Of a DNA stretch of 53,268 nt, positions 35,158 to 44,393 are shown in pieces (the first letter of the stretch is position 1; the number at the start of each line of letters is the position of its first letter). The stretch is from contig JBPCOB010000065.1 of assembly GCA_051000715.1 (NCBI GenBank), positions 1 to 53,268 on the forward strand, in the 5' to 3' direction. The notes under the pieces were generated by a model that saw only the letters and a program-made list of their open reading frames with translations, did no database searches and was not told the DNA's origin. Position numbers and translations under genes: made by a program. The stretch comes from Mycobacteriales bacterium (lineage in GTDB: Bacteria; Actinomycetota; Actinomycetes; JALYNC01).

Positions 35158-35341
35158 CGGCGAGGTGGAAGGCGGCCGCCAGATAGACCATGTAGAGGAA
35201 GCCGTGCACCGGTCCCACCGTCGCCACGAGCCCGGGCGAGTTCGCCAGGTACTTCAACGGAACGGCGACGAAGACCAGCACCAGCAGGACCACACCAACG
35301 ACGTAGGCCATGACGCGGTACCGCGTCAGCGCCGCGTTCAC
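35006..35341 (-). CDS. DUF3817 domain-containing membrane protein
   Basis: RYRVMAYVVGVVLLVLVFVAVPLKY...GPVHGFLYMVYL matches my recollection of DUF3817. Confidence 0.7.
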   Translation of the reverse strand: MNAALTRYRVMAYVVGVVLLVLVFVAVPLKYLANSPGLVATVGPVHGFLYMVYLAAAFHLAVKCRWPLGRTVLVLLAGTVPFLSFAVERQTTRLVRTEAAGSDRRTPPSRA

Positions 35342-35691
35342 CGCGATCGCTGCGCGTCGCGGGCACTAAGCCAGGCGAGGTACCGGTTGTACGCCGCCAG
35401 CTCCTCATCTTCGGGGTCCTCCGCCGGCACGGCGTACACCCGCGGCTGCTCGTCCCGGCGTACGACGCTCCTGGCAGCCGGGTGCAGCTCGTCGCGCACC
35501 GACTTCCACCACATGACCAGCCCGAATACCGCGAACGAGGGCCATTGCAGCGCGTAGATGACGTTCTGCACGCCGCCGGTGGCCGACCGGGCCCGGTCCC
35601 ACTGCCACCAGCCCAGCCGGCAGAAGAGCAGGGCGAGTGACACCACCCCGACGTGCACCGCGAGCCACCGCGGTGACAGGACCCGACGCAC
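35338..35691 (-). CDS. hypothetical membrane protein (co-oriented with the DUF3817 gene, 4-bp overlap)
   Basis: 117 aa with 2 TM segments and high GC3. Its stop overlaps the DUF3817 start. Confidence 0.6.
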   Translation of the reverse strand: MRRVLSPRWLAVHVGVVSLALLFCRLGWWQWDRARSATGGVQNVIYALQWPSFAVFGLVMWWKSVRDELHPAARSVVRRDEQPRVYAVPAEDPEDEELAAYNRYLAWLSARDAQRSR

Positions 35692-35739
35692 GCCCGAAAC
35701 GGTAACGCGATGTCTGACAGCCGCTCGCCGCCCCGCCGC

Positions 35740-36573
35740 TCAGCTGTTGCGCTCCCGCTCCTCGGCCACCTTGTGCGGCACGCGGACCAGCCGAATGAAG
35801 GTCACCAGACCCACTCCACCGACCATGTTGCCGAGGGCGGACCAGCCCATCGCCCCGAGCCAGTCGGCGTAGCCGAACGACGCCGTGCCGGTGTGCAGCG
35901 CCGCGAACATCAGCAGCGAGTCCAGCACGCTGTGGAAGAGCTGCCCGCCGGCGAGGAGCGCACCGAAGAGAACCGCGGGCACCAGCTGGACACCGAGGCT
36001 GTCGGTCGCGTGCTGCATCCGCGTCATCAGGGTGATGACCACACCGGCGAGGACCGCCAGGGCGAACGAGCGCAGGTTGACGCCGAGATCGGCGTAGTGG
36101 GTGCCGGCCTCGCGGGCGGTTGCCCGAAGCTCCGGATAGGCGCGGATGACCAGCCAGGCGACACCCCAGCCACCGACCAGGTTGAGTGCGAGAGTCACGC
36201 CCCACAGCCGGGCCAGCGACGTAACGGAGCCACGCCGGGCCACGACGGCAGTGACCGGCAGCAGGAAGTTCTCGGTGAACAGCTCGCCACGGGCGAGCAG
36301 CAACGCCACGAAGCCGATGCTGAACGCCAGCCCGGCAAGGAGGTTGGAGCCGGTCTCGTGCCGGACCAGCAGGTAGGCCAGTACACCGGTCCCCACGTCC
36401 AGGCCACCCACCAAGCCGGTGACCGCCAGCGTGAACCATGGCCGGGACAGCCGGTTCGACCCCTCGTCGACGAGCCGGTCGAAGGCTTCATCGAGCTCGG
36501 GCTCGGGTTGCGTCGGCGGCTGCCGAACGCCTCCATCGCCCTGCCGGCGTCCCCGCGTTGATGTCCACGTCAT
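35740..36573 (-). CDS. formate/nitrite transporter (FNT) family protein
   Basis: ARGELFTENFLLPV and a 6-TM layout. I chose ATG 36573. The ORF is open to 36597. Confidence 0.8.
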   Translation of the reverse strand: MTWTSTRGRRQGDGGVRQPPTQPEPELDEAFDRLVDEGSNRLSRPWFTLAVTGLVGGLDVGTGVLAYLLVRHETGSNLLAGLAFSIGFVALLLARGELFTENFLLPVTAVVARRGSVTSLARLWGVTLALNLVGGWGVAWLVIRAYPELRATAREAGTHYADLGVNLRSFALAVLAGVVITLMTRMQHATDSLGVQLVPAVLFGALLAGGQLFHSVLDSLLMFAALHTGTASFGYADWLGAMGWSALGNMVGGVGLVTFIRLVRVPHKVAEERERNS

Positions 36574-36626
36574 TGCACCAGTCTCCCCGACACCCACTGC
36601 GCCAGGTGCTTAGGCGTGGTCCGGGG

Positions 36627-37277
36627 TCAGCCGCGCAGCTCCGCGAGCAGCGCCAGCACCGTCTCGTCCGAGACCTGGCCGAAATCGTCGTACCACTCCC
36701 CCACCGACGACAGCCGCTCCGGCCTGAGCACGGCCACGACCACATCGGCCTCCGCACGAAGCGCGGCCAACGTGGACGGCGGTCCGACCGGTACGCCGAA
36801 CAGCAGCCGCTCGACGCCGTGAGCCCGCAGCGCGCGCAGCGCCGCCCGCGCGCTGCCGCCGGTGGCCAGCCCGTCATCGACCAGTACCACCTGACGCCCG
36901 GCCAGCGCCAGGGCCCGGTCGCCCCGGTAGTGGCGGACGCGGCGGGCCAGCTCGGCCCGCTCCCGTTCCAGCGTGCCGGCGAGCAGGTCCGGCGTCAGCC
37001 GCAGTCGCCCCAGCAAGTCCGCGTCGAAGACCGGTTCTCCCCCTTCGGCGATGGCGCCCACGCCGAGCTCCGGACGTCCCGGTGCGCCGATCTTGCGTAC
37101 GACGAAGACTTCGAGGGGAGCACCCAGCGCCCGCGCCACCTCGGCTCCCACCGGTACCCCGCCGCGGGCCAGGCCGAGAACCAGGGGGTCGGACAGGCCG
37201 GCAGCCGCCACCAGCCGGCCCAGCTCGCCGCCGGCCGCCGCCCGGTCGGCGAACCGAGACTCCGGTCGCAGTCCCAC
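36627..37277 (-). CDS. phosphoribosyltransferase family protein
   Basis: PRPP-binding loop VVLVDDGLATGGSARAA. The start is ambiguous (GTG 37277, 37316 or 37319). Upstream of that, the 378-aa ORF is antisense to the ligase gene. Confidence 0.75.
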   Translation of the reverse strand: MGLRPESRFADRAAAGGELGRLVAAAGLSDPLVLGLARGGVPVGAEVARALGAPLEVFVVRKIGAPGRPELGVGAIAEGGEPVFDADLLGRLRLTPDLLAGTLERERAELARRVRHYRGDRALALAGRQVVLVDDGLATGGSARAALRALRAHGVERLLFGVPVGPPSTLAALRAEADVVVAVLRPERLSSVGEWYDDFGQVSDETVLALLAELRG

Positions 37278-37340
37278 CGCACCTCCGCGCGCAGAGCCCT
37301 CGGTTGTGGCCTGCACCACCTTGCCGGACGATCGGGGCGC

Positions 37341-38480
37341 ATGGAGGCCGAGGCGCTGACGGTCGGCGTGGAGGAGGAATACCAGCTCCTGGAGATGTCG
37401 TCCGGGGCGTTGGTGTCCCGCGGCCGCGAGGTCCTCGCCGCGGCGCAGCAGCTGGCGGTCGACCGGCGGGCTCACGGCGAGCTGGCCGGCGAGGTACAAG
37501 GCGAGCTGCCGCTCTCCCAGGTCGAGAGCGCCACTGCCGTCTGCACCACCCTCGCGGAGGTACGCCGGCAGCTGACCTCGCTGCGGAGCCTCTTGGCCCA
37601 GGCCGCTGCCTCGCAGGGGTGCGCGCTGGCCGCGAGCGGCAGCCCGCCGATCGCGCGGGTGACCGAGCAGCGCGCCGACGGCGAGAGCCCGCGGTTCGCC
37701 GCGATGTTGCGCGAGCAGGGCTATCTGATCGACCGCCAGTTCATCGCCGGCCTGCATGTGCATGTCGGCGTACCGGACCGGGAGCGTGCGGTGGCGGTGC
37801 TCGATCGGACCAGGCCCTGGCTGCCGGTGCTGGTGGCGCTGGCCGCCAACTCACCGTACTGGCTCGGCGTCGACACCGAGTTCGCGTCCTACCGCACGGT
37901 GCACTGGGGCCGCTGGCCGGTCGCCGGGGCGCCGCCAACCTTCGGCGACGCCGCGGGCTACGACGACGTGGGGCGCGCACTGGTCGCGACCGGAGCCATC
38001 GGCGACGTCGGCCAGCTCTACTGGCAGGCTCGGCTGTCCGCGCGGTTCCCGACCGTGGAGCTGCGTGCGTGCGACGTCCCGATGTCGATCGAGGAGTCCG
38101 TTGCCTTCGCCGGGCTGGGCCGTGCGCTGGTGCGCTGCGCGCTGGACGACCTCGATGCCGGCGCACCGGTTCCCGGCGTCCGGTCCGAGATCCTGCGGGC
38201 GGCCAACTGGCGGGCCGCCCGGCACGGGCTGCGCGGTCACCTGGTCGACCCCGTCTCCTGCGCCCAGCGGCCGGCGGCCGAGGTGGTCGCGAGGCTGCTC
38301 GAGCACGTCCGGCCGGCCCTCGACGAGATGGGCGACCGCGAGCTGCTCGAGTCCGTGGTCGACCGGCTGCAGCGCGAAGGGAACGGGGCCGATCGGCAGC
38401 GGGCGGCGTACGCCGCCGGAGGGCTGACCGCGGTGGCCCGGCTGTTGGTCGAAAACACGACGCCCGGAGCGGCGCTCTAG
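37341..38480 (+). CDS. carboxylate-amine ligase, YbdK/GCS2 type, paralogue 2
   Basis: VGVEEEYQLLE, GLHVHVGVPD and NSPYWLGVDTEFASYR. The architecture is the same as the 19563-20696 product. Confidence 0.85.
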   Translation: MEAEALTVGVEEEYQLLEMSSGALVSRGREVLAAAQQLAVDRRAHGELAGEVQGELPLSQVESATAVCTTLAEVRRQLTSLRSLLAQAAASQGCALAASGSPPIARVTEQRADGESPRFAAMLREQGYLIDRQFIAGLHVHVGVPDRERAVAVLDRTRPWLPVLVALAANSPYWLGVDTEFASYRTVHWGRWPVAGAPPTFGDAAGYDDVGRALVATGAIGDVGQLYWQARLSARFPTVELRACDVPMSIEESVAFAGLGRALVRCALDDLDAGAPVPGVRSEILRAANWRAARHGLRGHLVDPVSCAQRPAAEVVARLLEHVRPALDEMGDRELLESVVDRLQREGNGADRQRAAYAAGGLTAVARLLVENTTPGAAL

Positions 38481-39304
38481 CGGCCCTCGACCAGGGACCG
38501 GGTCAGCGCCACACTAACGACGAACGTGCGGTAGAGCCGGAGCGGATCTTCGGCGGTCATCGTGACGGTCCGGTCGCCGGTGCGCTCGACGCCGAGCAGC
38601 TCACAGGCCAGCTCGGCCATGTCGGCGGTGACCCAGTCGACCTCCAGCCGGGCCGGCAGCTCGATCGAGGGCAGCGGCACCTGTGCCGCCCGTCCCAGCG
38701 CCCGCAGGGCGCCGTCCCGGATCCGCTCGCAGGCCTCCTCCGGATGCAGAGAACGGGCGGCATGCCGGGTCACCGACTCCTTGACGACCACGCACTCGAC
38801 GCCCGGGAGAAAGGGGGCGGCCTCAACGGCCGTGACGTCGTCGCCGGTGATGAGCACGACCGGCACCCGGTGCTGCAGGGCGACCAGCGCGTTGATGCCG
38901 GCCTCGCCGGTGACCGTCCCGTTCAGCCGTACGCCGGGGATCGATGCCGGGTTGTAGGTGTGCGAGAGCACGGAGCTGGTGCCGGCCGAGCCGTGGTAGG
39001 AGACGAAGAGCACCGCGTCGAAGCTGCTGTCGAGCCCCTCCATCATGTACATCGGCTTGTGCCGGCCGGAGAGATAGCCGGCCCGGCCGTGCAGCGACGC
39101 CGGCGGGAGGTTGCGCATCACCGAGTGCGAGTCGTTCACCAGCACCTCGTTGGCACCGGCGGCAAGCGCGCCGTCGATGGCGGCGTTCACCTCGTCGAGC
39201 AGTAGCCGCCGGCCCATCTCGTACTCCGGGCCGGGACCGATGCACTGCTCCCAGTCGACGATTCCGGCGGTGCCCTCCATGTCGGAGGAGAGGAAGACCT
39301 TCAC
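38477..39304 (-). CDS. dppA: M55 family D-aminopeptidase (DppA-like)
   Basis: MKVFLSSDMEGTAGIV at the N-terminus and VNDSH, at 275 aa. Its 3' end overlaps the convergent ligase stop by 4 bp. Confidence 0.85.
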   Translation of the reverse strand: MKVFLSSDMEGTAGIVDWEQCIGPGPEYEMGRRLLLDEVNAAIDGALAAGANEVLVNDSHSVMRNLPPASLHGRAGYLSGRHKPMYMMEGLDSSFDAVLFVSYHGSAGTSSVLSHTYNPASIPGVRLNGTVTGEAGINALVALQHRVPVVLITGDDVTAVEAAPFLPGVECVVVKESVTRHAARSLHPEEACERIRDGALRALGRAAQVPLPSIELPARLEVDWVTADMAELACELLGVERTGDRTVTMTAEDPLRLYRTFVVSVALTRSLVEGR

Positions 39305-39344
39305 GTCGTCCTCGCTACCCAGCGAGGCGGCTGGCAGACCCGAG

Positions 39345-39605
39345 TCAGGCGGGCCGCAGGCGGGTGACCTTGTCGTCGTCGCCGGCAGTGGACCGCGGCG
39401 CGGGATGCTCGACCAGCGCCAGCACCCGGCTGGCCATGAACCGCGCCGTACGGACCGGCGTACCGCCGCGGGTGACCTCGGTCACCTCGACGACGCCGCG
39501 GCCGGTGCTGATCTCGACCCGCCGGCCGGCCCGGGTCGCGGTCACTTCGTAGGTTCTGGTCTCGGCGCCCGCGTCCACGACGATCTCTACTCTGTCGCCT
39601 CGCAC
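39345..39605 (-). CDS. small hypothetical protein upstream of dppA
   Basis: 86 aa with high GC3 and a beta-strand-like V/T/E/R pattern. No family recognised. Confidence 0.45.
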   Translation of the reverse strand: MRGDRVEIVVDAGAETRTYEVTATRAGRRVEISTGRGVVEVTEVTRGGTPVRTARFMASRVLALVEHPAPRSTAGDDDKVTRLRPA

Positions 39606-39728
39606 CTTTGCTCAACACCAACAGGCGCCGGCGTAGTCCCGGACCGCGACCCGTGCGGCGGACGACGGCGACTTCGAATCTCCAAGGCGGCCCATGCGCA
39701 CGGCGCCCGTCTCTACACGTGGAATGCA

Positions 39729-40778
39729 TCAGACCTCGGTGGTCTCGAGGGTCTCGTGGAGATTCCCACGGTCTGACTCGTTACCACCCCCACGCCTCAG
39801 CGGGGTACGTGCGTCGTTTCCGACCTGCGCCAGGACGTCGTCAGCGGGTATCACTCCCGGTTGCGACTCAGTGCGCGCGAGTTGGCCGGCAAGCTGCGCA
39901 ATGAGCGTGTTGGCGGGGGTGGGAACGCCCTGCAGGCGCCCGAGCATCACGATCTCGCCGTTCAGATAGTCGGTTTCGGTGACTCCGGTCCGCCTGGCCA
40001 GGCTCTGCCAGGCCGATCCGCCCGGACGGCGTCGGCCGGCAACAGGCTGCAGGTCAAGCAGGCTGCCGCGCCGAGCCTGATCCTCGGCCGTGGAGGCATG
40101 GCCGATACCGGCCGCGGAGGACTGCCTCTCCCTCGGCTCGTACCAGTCGGGTCAGTGGTCGGGGTCTTGCCTCTGGTCGGCAGACAGCCTCCACCGCATT
40201 GCCAAGATTGAGCAGCAGCTTCGCGTACTTCCAGCGGCGTACGTCTGGAATCGAACGGGCGTTGTAGGTGGCGGCCGTGAACGCCGCGGCGATATGACGA
40301 CTGATCGGGTCCTCCCCCGTCGGATAGCGGCCCACATCGAGCAATCCGGTGATCGGATGGGAGTACGCCTGCACGGTTCCCGGTCGCAGGAATGCGGTCG
40401 GACACATCACCACCACGCCGTAGACCCGGAGAAGTACCGCAGGGCGTGCGGTTCGTTGAACACACCATTCTGAGCACACAGAACCGGGATGCCGGCCGGA
40501 GCCGTTTCGGCGAGTGCGTGCACAGTGGCGGCCGTGTCCTGGCTCTTGACCGCCAGCACCACGACGTCATCCTGATCAAATGCCACTTCAGCGAGGTGCG
40601 AGCGCACGCCGATATGCACGGTAACCGACTCCGCCGGTGACTCCAGGCGAAGACCCTGCTCGCGGATGGCGGAAAGCTGCGACCCCCGGGCTATCCCCAC
40701 CACCTGATGGCTCGCCTGGTGAAGGCGGGCGGCCAACACCCCACCGATACCGCCCAAACCAATGATCACAAAGCGCAT
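39729..40778 (-). pseudogene. 2-dehydropantoate 2-reductase (PanE/ApbA) family gene split over three reading frames
   Basis: N-terminus MRFVIIGLGGIGGVLAARL...CAQNGVFNE. Middle RVYGVVVMCPTAF...KYAKLLLNLGNAVEAVC...RAEGEAVLR. C-terminus AGIGHAST...SAWQSLARRTGVTETDYLNGEIVMLGRLQGVPTP. Frame switches lie near 40425-40430 and 40108-40120. Confidence 0.7.
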
Positions 40779-40930
40779 TCGGGCATCCTCCCATCCAACC
40801 GGCGCGGTGACGCCCGGCCGCTGACGATGCCGCTACCCCCTCGGCGTCGGTACCAGCGGCCGCTGATTCCGTCGGAGTTCCGGCAACCTCGTCAACCTCG
40901 ATCGGCAGCCTTGCTGGCAGGATCGGCGCC

Positions 40931-41338
40931 ATGATCGGACGCCTGCACCACGTGGTCATCGACTGCCCCGACCCGGCGGCGCTTGCCGCCTTCTACGCCG
41001 AGCTGATCGGCCTGCCGATAACGTGGCAGGAGGACGACTTCGTGGTGATCGCGCCGAACGACACGACGTCGGGCATCGCATTCCAGCTGGCACCGGACCA
41101 CCAGCCGCCGCGTTGGCCCGACCCCGAACGGCCGCAGCAGCTCCACCTCGACGTCATGGTCGACGACGTGGCCGCCGCGGGGCCCCGGGTCCTGGCTCTG
41201 GGCGCGCGTCTGCTCTCGGACCGGGACGGCCAGGTGTACACCGACCCCGCCGGCCACCCCTTCTGCCTCATACCCCGGCCGTCATGGGCCGCTCCGATCG
41301 GCGGCCAGCCGGACGGGGCCGCGGCCGGGGGTGGTTGA
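40931..41338 (+). CDS. VOC (glyoxalase/bleomycin-resistance) family protein
   Basis: LHHVVIDCPDPAALAAFYAELIG...DPAGHPFCL. Confidence 0.8.
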   Translation: MIGRLHHVVIDCPDPAALAAFYAELIGLPITWQEDDFVVIAPNDTTSGIAFQLAPDHQPPRWPDPERPQQLHLDVMVDDVAAAGPRVLALGARLLSDRDGQVYTDPAGHPFCLIPRPSWAAPIGGQPDGAAAGGG

Positions 41339-41343
41339 GCCGG

Positions 41344-42366
41344 TCAGCCCCACCAGAAGCCGGCGGCAATCACGGCGTACAGCACGATCAGCGCGGCCCC
41401 CTCCAGCCAGGTCGACTCCCCGTCGAAGACGACCAACACGGCGACGAGGGCGGCCAGAGCGAGCGCCACGACGAGCAACGGCGGCAGCACGAGCGTGAAG
41501 GTGGCGGCACCCACCAACGGCGCGATCAACACGATCACCGGCGCCAGCACGAGGGCGATCTGCAGCGGGCTCTGCAGGATGACCGAGAGCGCATAGTCGG
41601 GCTGGTTACGGGCCGCGAGCTGGATCCCCACAACGTTCTCCACCGCGTTGCCGGCGATGGCGACCACCACGAGGCCGGCGAACGCCTGGCTGATCCCGAA
41701 CGCGGAGATCGCCGGCTCCAGCGCGTGCACGAACCACTCCGACACGAAGGCCGCACCTACGCCGGCGACGGCGAGGACCGCCAGCGCCACCGGCAGCGGC
41801 CACAGGACGGATGGCTCAGGCCCTTGGCCCTGCTCCGGCGCCTCGCTACTGCCACCTTCCCCGCGTGAGATCGCGGCGGGTAGCGACAGGGCGAACAGCC
41901 CCAGGAGCAGGACCGAGACGATCCTGGACAGGCTGAGCTCATGGCCGGCGGCGGGCGTGTGGAGTGCGGCCGTCAGCGAAGGGATGATCAGTGCCGCCAC
42001 CGCCAGCACCAGCAGCAGGCTGATGATGCGGGCTCGCTCCGCGGCGAAGCGCTGGGTGCCGTGGCGCAGTCCGCCAAACACGAACGCCAGGCCGAGCACC
42101 AGGAGCACGTTCGCGAGGATCGATCCGACGATCGCGCCCTGGACGACGCCGACCAGACCGGCACGAAGTGCGAAGATCACGACGAACAGCTCGGGAAGGT
42201 TGCCCAAGGCGCTCTGGACGACGCCGGTCGCTCCGGCCCCCAGCCGGTCACCCAGGGCGTCCACCGCGCGGCCGACGAGGGTCGCCAGCAGGGCCAGTGC
42301 CAACGCCGACACGACGAACGGGAGAACCCGGCCGGCAGCCACATAGCGCAGCACGCCAGCCGCCAC
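41344..42366 (-). CDS. Ca2+/H+ exchanger (CaCA/CAX, ChaA-like)
   Basis: About 10 TM segments with two alpha-repeat signatures, GNLPELF and GNAVENVVG. Confidence 0.85.
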   Translation of the reverse strand: MAAGVLRYVAAGRVLPFVVSALALALLATLVGRAVDALGDRLGAGATGVVQSALGNLPELFVVIFALRAGLVGVVQGAIVGSILANVLLVLGLAFVFGGLRHGTQRFAAERARIISLLLVLAVAALIIPSLTAALHTPAAGHELSLSRIVSVLLLGLFALSLPAAISRGEGGSSEAPEQGQGPEPSVLWPLPVALAVLAVAGVGAAFVSEWFVHALEPAISAFGISQAFAGLVVVAIAGNAVENVVGIQLAARNQPDYALSVILQSPLQIALVLAPVIVLIAPLVGAATFTLVLPPLLVVALALAALVAVLVVFDGESTWLEGAALIVLYAVIAAGFWWG

Positions 42367-42449
42367 GGTCGCCGCCGCACAGCCGAGGAAGAGCCGTACG
42401 TCACGCGGCCGAAACGTCGACGGCGCTGGGCTCGCCGTACGAACCGCGA

Positions 42450-42734
42450 TCAGGAGGCCCCTTCGCCGCGACCACCGGACCGAGTGGTCGGATCCGAAGT
42501 GTCCTGCGGCGCCAGGGCGTCACCTTCGGTGGCGACACCCGTGTCGGGATCCATGAGCGACTCGCCATGTGGAGGTGTCGACGCCCCCCGCGAGTCGTCG
42601 GCCGGTGCGGCGAGGCCGCTGCCGTCGTCCTCCAGCGCGCCGCCGTCGAGCATCGAGCTCCCGTCCTGGGGTCCGCCGGTGGGCGCGGTGGCGCCGCCTG
42701 GGTCGGAAGGGGTGGGATTGGTCATCTCGGTCAT
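42450..42734 (-). CDS. possible small acidic low-complexity protein
   Basis: 94-aa ORF from ATG 42734, rich in D/G/P/T with only about 70 percent GC3. It fills the gap between the exchanger and NUDIX genes. Weak call. Confidence 0.3.
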   Translation of the reverse strand: MTEMTNPTPSDPGGATAPTGGPQDGSSMLDGGALEDDGSGLAAPADDSRGASTPPHGESLMDPDTGVATEGDALAPQDTSDPTTRSGGRGEGAS

Positions 42735-42797
42735 GGACCGGCCAGTACCCGGCGTCGGCGTCGGCAACCGAACGGTGGAAGGGAGCGCGAGCCCACC

Positions 42798-43253
42798 GTG
42801 CGCGGTGATGGAGACGCGTGGATCGAGTGCCGCCAATGCCACCGGCACTGGGGCCGGCACGGGGCGGCGGGGCTTCTGCTTCGGTACGTCGACGAGCAGG
42901 GGACACGCTGGGTGCTTCTCCAGCACCGGGCCGGGTGGAGCCATCACGGCGGGACCTGGGGGCTGCCCGGCGGCGCCCGGGACAGCCATGAGACGGCCGA
43001 GGAGACCGCTTTGCGCGAGTCGACCGAGGAGGTAGGGCTCGACACCTCACTGGTGCGCGTGCTGACGACGTACAGCGACGACCATGGGGGCTGGTCATAC
43101 GAGACGGTCATTGCCAGCTGTCTCGAGCGGGTGGACGCACGGCCGACCGGCGGCGAGAGCGTCGACGTCCGCTGGGTGCCCGAGTCCGACGCCACCTCGC
43201 TGCCGCTGCACCCGGGCCTTGCCGCCTCGTGGGCGCGCCTGACAACTGAGTGA
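42798..43253 (+). CDS. NUDIX hydrolase
   Basis: Nudix box GLPGGARDSHETAEETALRESTEEVGL. I chose GTG 42798. Confidence 0.8.
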   Translation: MRGDGDAWIECRQCHRHWGRHGAAGLLLRYVDEQGTRWVLLQHRAGWSHHGGTWGLPGGARDSHETAEETALRESTEEVGLDTSLVRVLTTYSDDHGGWSYETVIASCLERVDARPTGGESVDVRWVPESDATSLPLHPGLAASWARLTTE

Positions 43254-43392
43254 GCTCCCGGGCGAGATTGACCCGGCCTCCCCCGCCAATCATGACGAAA
43301 GACACGCCCCGTACGGGATGAGCTCAACCGGCTGTTGCAACGATCTTTCGGTGGCGGCCGGGAGGGTGCAGGAGGTGGCCCGTTGGCAGGCG

Positions 43393-43512
43393 GATAAACC
43401 GCGCGGCTCAACACGTGCGGCCCACTACCAAGACTCCGACCACCCGGTCATCCAGTCCTTCGAGCCGGGCGAGGACTGGTGCTGGTGCTACGTCGACGCG
43501 ACCATCGTCTGA
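43393..43512 (+). pseudogene. C-terminal fragment of a UBP-type zinc-finger protein gene
   Basis: AAHYQDSDHPVIQSFEPGEDWCWCYVDATIV-stop matches the conserved C-terminus of actinobacterial zf-UBP proteins. The upstream part of ORF 43318-43512 lacks the expected Cys ligands. Confidence 0.5.
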
Positions 43513-43516
43513 GGTG

Positions 43517-43576
43517 CCCTTCGGGCGTGGACGGCGTGACGTCCCGGACCTGGTCAAGGTGCGTGCAGGTCGCCAT
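43517..43576 (-). pseudogene. N-terminal fragment (20 codons) of a UBP-type zinc-finger protein gene, on the opposite strand
   Basis: MATCTHLDQVRDVTPSTPEG matches the typical zf-UBP N-terminus. After codon 20 the frame runs into the antisense of the fragment above. Confidence 0.5.
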
Positions 43577-43887
43577 GGCAGCTCCTCGGGCGAGTCGGTC
43601 AGACACCGGCAACCGAGCGGACCACGTCGGCGTCTGTTCCCACTACCGTCGCTCCCGCTACGCACGTCAGCCGCGCCCGCGGTAGTTCCTCTTCAGGTCA
43701 TGGTCGAGACGGCAGTTCGCATGCACGGCCTCCGTGAACAGGTCTCTCACGGCGTTGACGTCGGCGACGGTCAGGTGCAACACGGTCGGTGCGGCCTGCG
43801 CTCGGGCCGTGATCACCGGCAGGGTTCACGGCACCATGGTGCGCCATTTCCCAGCTTGGGAGGCGAGGGGTCGTGAGGAGGAGCACC

Positions 43888-44346
43888 GTGGAGCTGACGG
43901 CGATCGGGTACGTGGAGTCCCCGCGCACTGACGTAGCCGACACGGATCGGTGGGGCGCGGTGGTCGCCCGGATCCAGCTCGTGGACGCTCTCGGGAGTGC
44001 TGCCCTCGTCGGGCTCGAAGCGTTCTCCCACGTGGAGGTCCTGTTCCGGTTCCACCAGATGACCCCTCGCGCGCACTACCGGGACCTGCGGCGCCCGAGG
44101 GGACGAGCGGACCTTCCTTCCGTCGGCATCTTCGCCGGCCGGGGCCCGAACCGGCCGAACCTCATCGGCGCCACCATCTGCCCGCTGGTCGAGGTGGGGG
44201 ACACCTGGTTGGCGGTCCGCGGGCTTGACGCCGTCGACGGCACGCCGGTCGTCGATCTGAAGCCAGTGATGGCCGAACTGCTGCCTGGGGAGGTTCGGCA
44301 GCCGCTCTGGTCCCACGAGCTCATGCGGGAGTACTTCCTCGACTAG
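43888..44346 (+). CDS. TrmO/TsaA (YaeB, UPF0066) family SAM-dependent tRNA methyltransferase-like protein
   Basis: IGYVESPR...LEAFSHVEVLFRFH...RPNLIGATICPLVEV...LDAVDGTPVVDLKP. GTG 43888 lies 6 nt after AGGAGG. GTG 43873 is an alternative start. Confidence 0.75.
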   Translation: MELTAIGYVESPRTDVADTDRWGAVVARIQLVDALGSAALVGLEAFSHVEVLFRFHQMTPRAHYRDLRRPRGRADLPSVGIFAGRGPNRPNLIGATICPLVEVGDTWLAVRGLDAVDGTPVVDLKPVMAELLPGEVRQPLWSHELMREYFLD

Positions 44347-44360
44347 CAGCAAGGTCGGCG

Positions 44361-44390
44361 CCGCAGCCGCAGCCGCGGCCGCAGCCGCAC
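44361..44390. repeat. five tandem hexamers (CCGCAG CCGCAG CCGCGG CCGCAG CCGCAC)
   Basis: Read directly from the sequence. Intergenic, just after the trmO-like stop. Confidence 0.6.
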
Positions 44391-44393
44391 TAG

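Noticed and set aside
43254-43330. Two C-rich patches (CCTCCCCCGCC and ACGCCCCG) reminiscent of the actinobacterial 6C sRNA loops
   Set aside because: The flanking sequences give only 3-bp stems. I could not build the two-hairpin 6C structure, and there is no terminator.
43667-43816. 49-aa minus-strand ORF (VITARAQAAPTVLHLTVADVNAVRDLFTEAVHANCRLDHDLKRNYRGRG) in the scar region
   Set aside because: It is too short and has no recognisable family. It may be another gene remnant, but I cannot support a call.
44361-44390. Tandem hexamers considered as a possible mini-CRISPR or functional repeat array
   Set aside because: The units are only 6 nt long with no spacers, which makes this a simple microsatellite. 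No cas genes or longer repeats appear anywhere in the window.
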